NCBI GenBank assembly: GCA_964187785.1
Contig: OZ076417.1
Coordinates: 22,878,001-22,942,000 of the forward strand
Direction: 5' to 3'
DNA: 64,000 nucleotides
DNA from: Amphiscolops sp. MND2022
Taxonomy: Eukaryota
In this document: piece by piece, positions 61,854-64,000 of the stretch
Position numbering within the stretch: the stretch's first letter is position 1
Layout of the letters: each line of letters starts with the position of its first letter
Notes under the pieces: model-generated
What the model saw: only the letters and a program-made list of their open reading frames with translations
Databases searched by the model: none
Told to the model about the DNA's origin: nothing
Position numbers and translations under genes: made by a program

Positions 61854-64000
61854 TTGGATACCGATCTCAGCAGTCAAGATGCCACCCTCTCTGAAGTCAG
61901 GGAGCAAACTCTGAACAGCAAGTCGAAACGCGCTTCCCGGGATAAGAAAATCCCCAGGCCCAAGAGACAGATCCAGCGAGGGGTGCCCATGCGCGAGGAA
62001 TTCTTCGCCAAGATAGGGTGGACCAGGTCCTTCATTTCTGGACCCGCTGACCCGATCCACAATCCACATATGGTCTGGTGCCATATGTGCAAGAAGAACT
62101 TCTCGATTAAGTCCAAGGGTCCTTTCGAGATTCTTAGGCATCATCGGACCGAAAAACACTTGCGACGTGATCAGCGGTGGAGGTACGAGCACCTCAGGAG
62201 TGTCGATCCAGTGAGTGGAGTAATTCAACATCGTGTTAGAGGCCGTAATGGCAAGATCCTGAATAAAATGGAGCTGGCCAAGGAAATGCCAAAGTTCATC
62301 CATACGGAATTGGTTGACATCGGAGAGCGCTTTCCGTTTTATGATGATTTCATCCGAGGCCGAAACCCCCTTTAGTGACACCTGAGTCGAGAGCCCGGAC
62401 GCAATTGTGCCTGATCGGGGAGTACATCCCTACACACGGAGACTTGTCAGTCCTTAGGAGCATGTGGGCAAAAATCAGTTCATTTACCGACTACCAGGCT
62501 GCACTCTGCGACTTCGACTGGGGAGAAGAGAGAATAACTGTAAGTATTCCTTACACATATCTTTTGATTGATGATTTACTCTCCATTTTGAGTACCGTTT
62601 TCCATTTCAGGCCATCTTCCAACATTTTTTCAATTGCGCTCTAAGGGACATAGGCGAACATGTGGCTTCAGAACAGTGCTTCGGTCTGGAGTTCGAAGAC
62701 AGTGGCTCCAGTAGATTCATGTCCCTGCGGTTTTGGAAAGGCAACGAACTTTGCAGAGTGACAGTATGCAGGAGTGGTTTACCATCTTCCGATCTAACAG
62801 GAGAACTGGGATCTTTAGCCCGATTGCTTTCAGTCGTTTCTACCAAAGCGGACATAGTTGCTTGTTCTGGATGTCCGGCCGGCCTGCTTCAAGCCATAGA
62901 TGGGATGCCGACTACTATCAGAGCTGTGCAAAGCTGTTTCCGTTTCACCCAGTTGGATCTGCCTCACCTAATGCACAAGATAAGCTACAGCGTATTTGGG
63001 CATATTGATTTCTTTTCTGTTCTCAAAGGCCTTGTTATCTCTTTGGGCAGTTCGCTCCGAGAGGAATGGGTACAGAGGAGTCCTGAACTTGTTAGGGTGA
63101 GTATCTTTCAGTTCTATGGTGTGACTCTTATACGGGGAGGGTTTGAAGTTCCGCCAACTAAGTGGGTATAATTTCTGAATTTTCCTTTCTAAGCCATTTC
63201 CAGTTGTAAACTGGACCTCCGGTCTCTCCCCACTCTCTGCCAGGAACTCATAGACGAGTGGAAGCCAATCACGACCTACTTAACATCCCACGTTCCCCAG
63301 CAACAAGGACAGGGAGTCAGGACAAGGGTGAGTTGCATCGTCTGTCCTATTATTGGCGAGATTCGTAATCCCCATGTCTGATATGGTGAAATGGTTAAAC
63401 TAATGCAGTAACCATATTTGTGTTTTTGTTCCAGGTTCAGAGTTTCGAGTGGGCTCTCATCTGCGATGAGTTTTTCCCTGTCAAACTGGAGTTCTTCTAT
63501 CATCTGATTAGTGATTGTTAGTACTCCATAATGGGTTCCTTAGGTTTTTCTTAGGACCAGAATAGGCCACCGTCTTGTTTCAGACAATTCCAGTTTCATC
63601 GTCAATCAGCAGCAACGACGTGATTCCTCCTTTTATCTTTGTGGGGAGGTTTCCCGCTACATTTACAAATTATGTTTTCGCTGCTACAATTCTGATACGG
63701 TTCCCCTTGAGAACTCATGGCTCCATCTGCTGGGATTCCAAGTCACTGAAGGAACTTTCATGCCTGTGGAGGAGTTCCTGACCCGGCTCAAGATGACAAA
63801 TAAGGTCTCTAAGGCTTGCAAGCTGAAGTCAGAAGGTGTCCACTCTGGGAAGAAGGTAGACAAGGCCCTTGTTCAGAAGACCGCTTCTACCATACGGAGT
63901 GAGTTTGTCTACGATGCCCAGACGTATATACAGTACCTGATAGGCGAAGTCCTTCGGCAAGCGGGGCTAAGCTCAAACATTGTTAAGGGGCTCGCAGCCT
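61854..64000 (+). CDS. ORF2 of B: C2H2/BED-like zinc finger plus hAT-transposase-like fold lacking recognisable catalytic residues; spliced, with some frameshifts; runs off the window
   Basis: WCHMCKKNFSIKSKGPFEILRHHRTEKH; introns GTAAGT 62540..CAG 62610 and GTGAGT ~63098..AAG 63194; FGLEFEDS...SLRFW, PHLMH, ELIDEWKPITTYL and NIVKGLAA resemble hAT blocks. Confidence 0.7.

Larger units (their letters stand above)
56923..64000 (-). mobile_element. Gypsy element B (accessory-cassette clade), 3' half; gag-pol expected off the right edge
   Basis: LTR 56923-58790 with termini TGTCGCA...TACGACA; ORF X, ORF1 and ORF2 in the same topology as A and D. Confidence 0.85.

Noticed and set aside
57720-64000. 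ORF X/ORF1/ORF2 as an independent hAT, DIRS or Helitron element
   Set aside because: No TIRs, 8-bp TSD, tyrosine recombinase or Rep/helicase motifs; in all three cases the module sits between Gypsy pol and LTR in fixed orientation.

Overview
Eukaryotic (metazoan-like, spliceosomal introns), TE-saturated scaffold segment with one 200-N gap; the organism cannot be determined from sequence. Most of the window is a nest of LTR retrotransposons whose boundaries I resolved from terminal dinucleotides, PBS/PPT and target-site duplications. (1) A degenerate Gypsy (G1, 1-5271, minus) with a long repeat- and hydrophobic-ORF-containing leader. (2) An old Gypsy pol (G2) split by element A (7886-35893, TSD GTATC). 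(3) A BEL/Pao element (10832-26148, TSD ATTGT) inserted in A, whose gag-PR-RT block is tandemly triplicated (~3.73 kb x3). (4) A spliced host gene with tandem F-type-lectin/F5/8C-like domains (36611-41340, minus). (5) Gypsy element D (42980-56922, plus), into whose 3' LTR element B (56923->64000, minus) is inserted. Main discovery: A, B and D are mutually divergent, yet all three carry the same accessory module between pol and the 3' LTR. It comprises an antisense, intron-containing, zinc-finger-bearing, apparently catalytically dead hAT-transposase-like gene (ORF2); an antisense acidic ORF1; and a divergently transcribed sense ORF X with a SIM-like motif that reads into the LTR. Their LTRs (1.56-2.3 kb, starting TGTCGC) also encode the first ~125-200 codons of Gag. 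Homology calls are by-eye motif comparisons; no searches were run.
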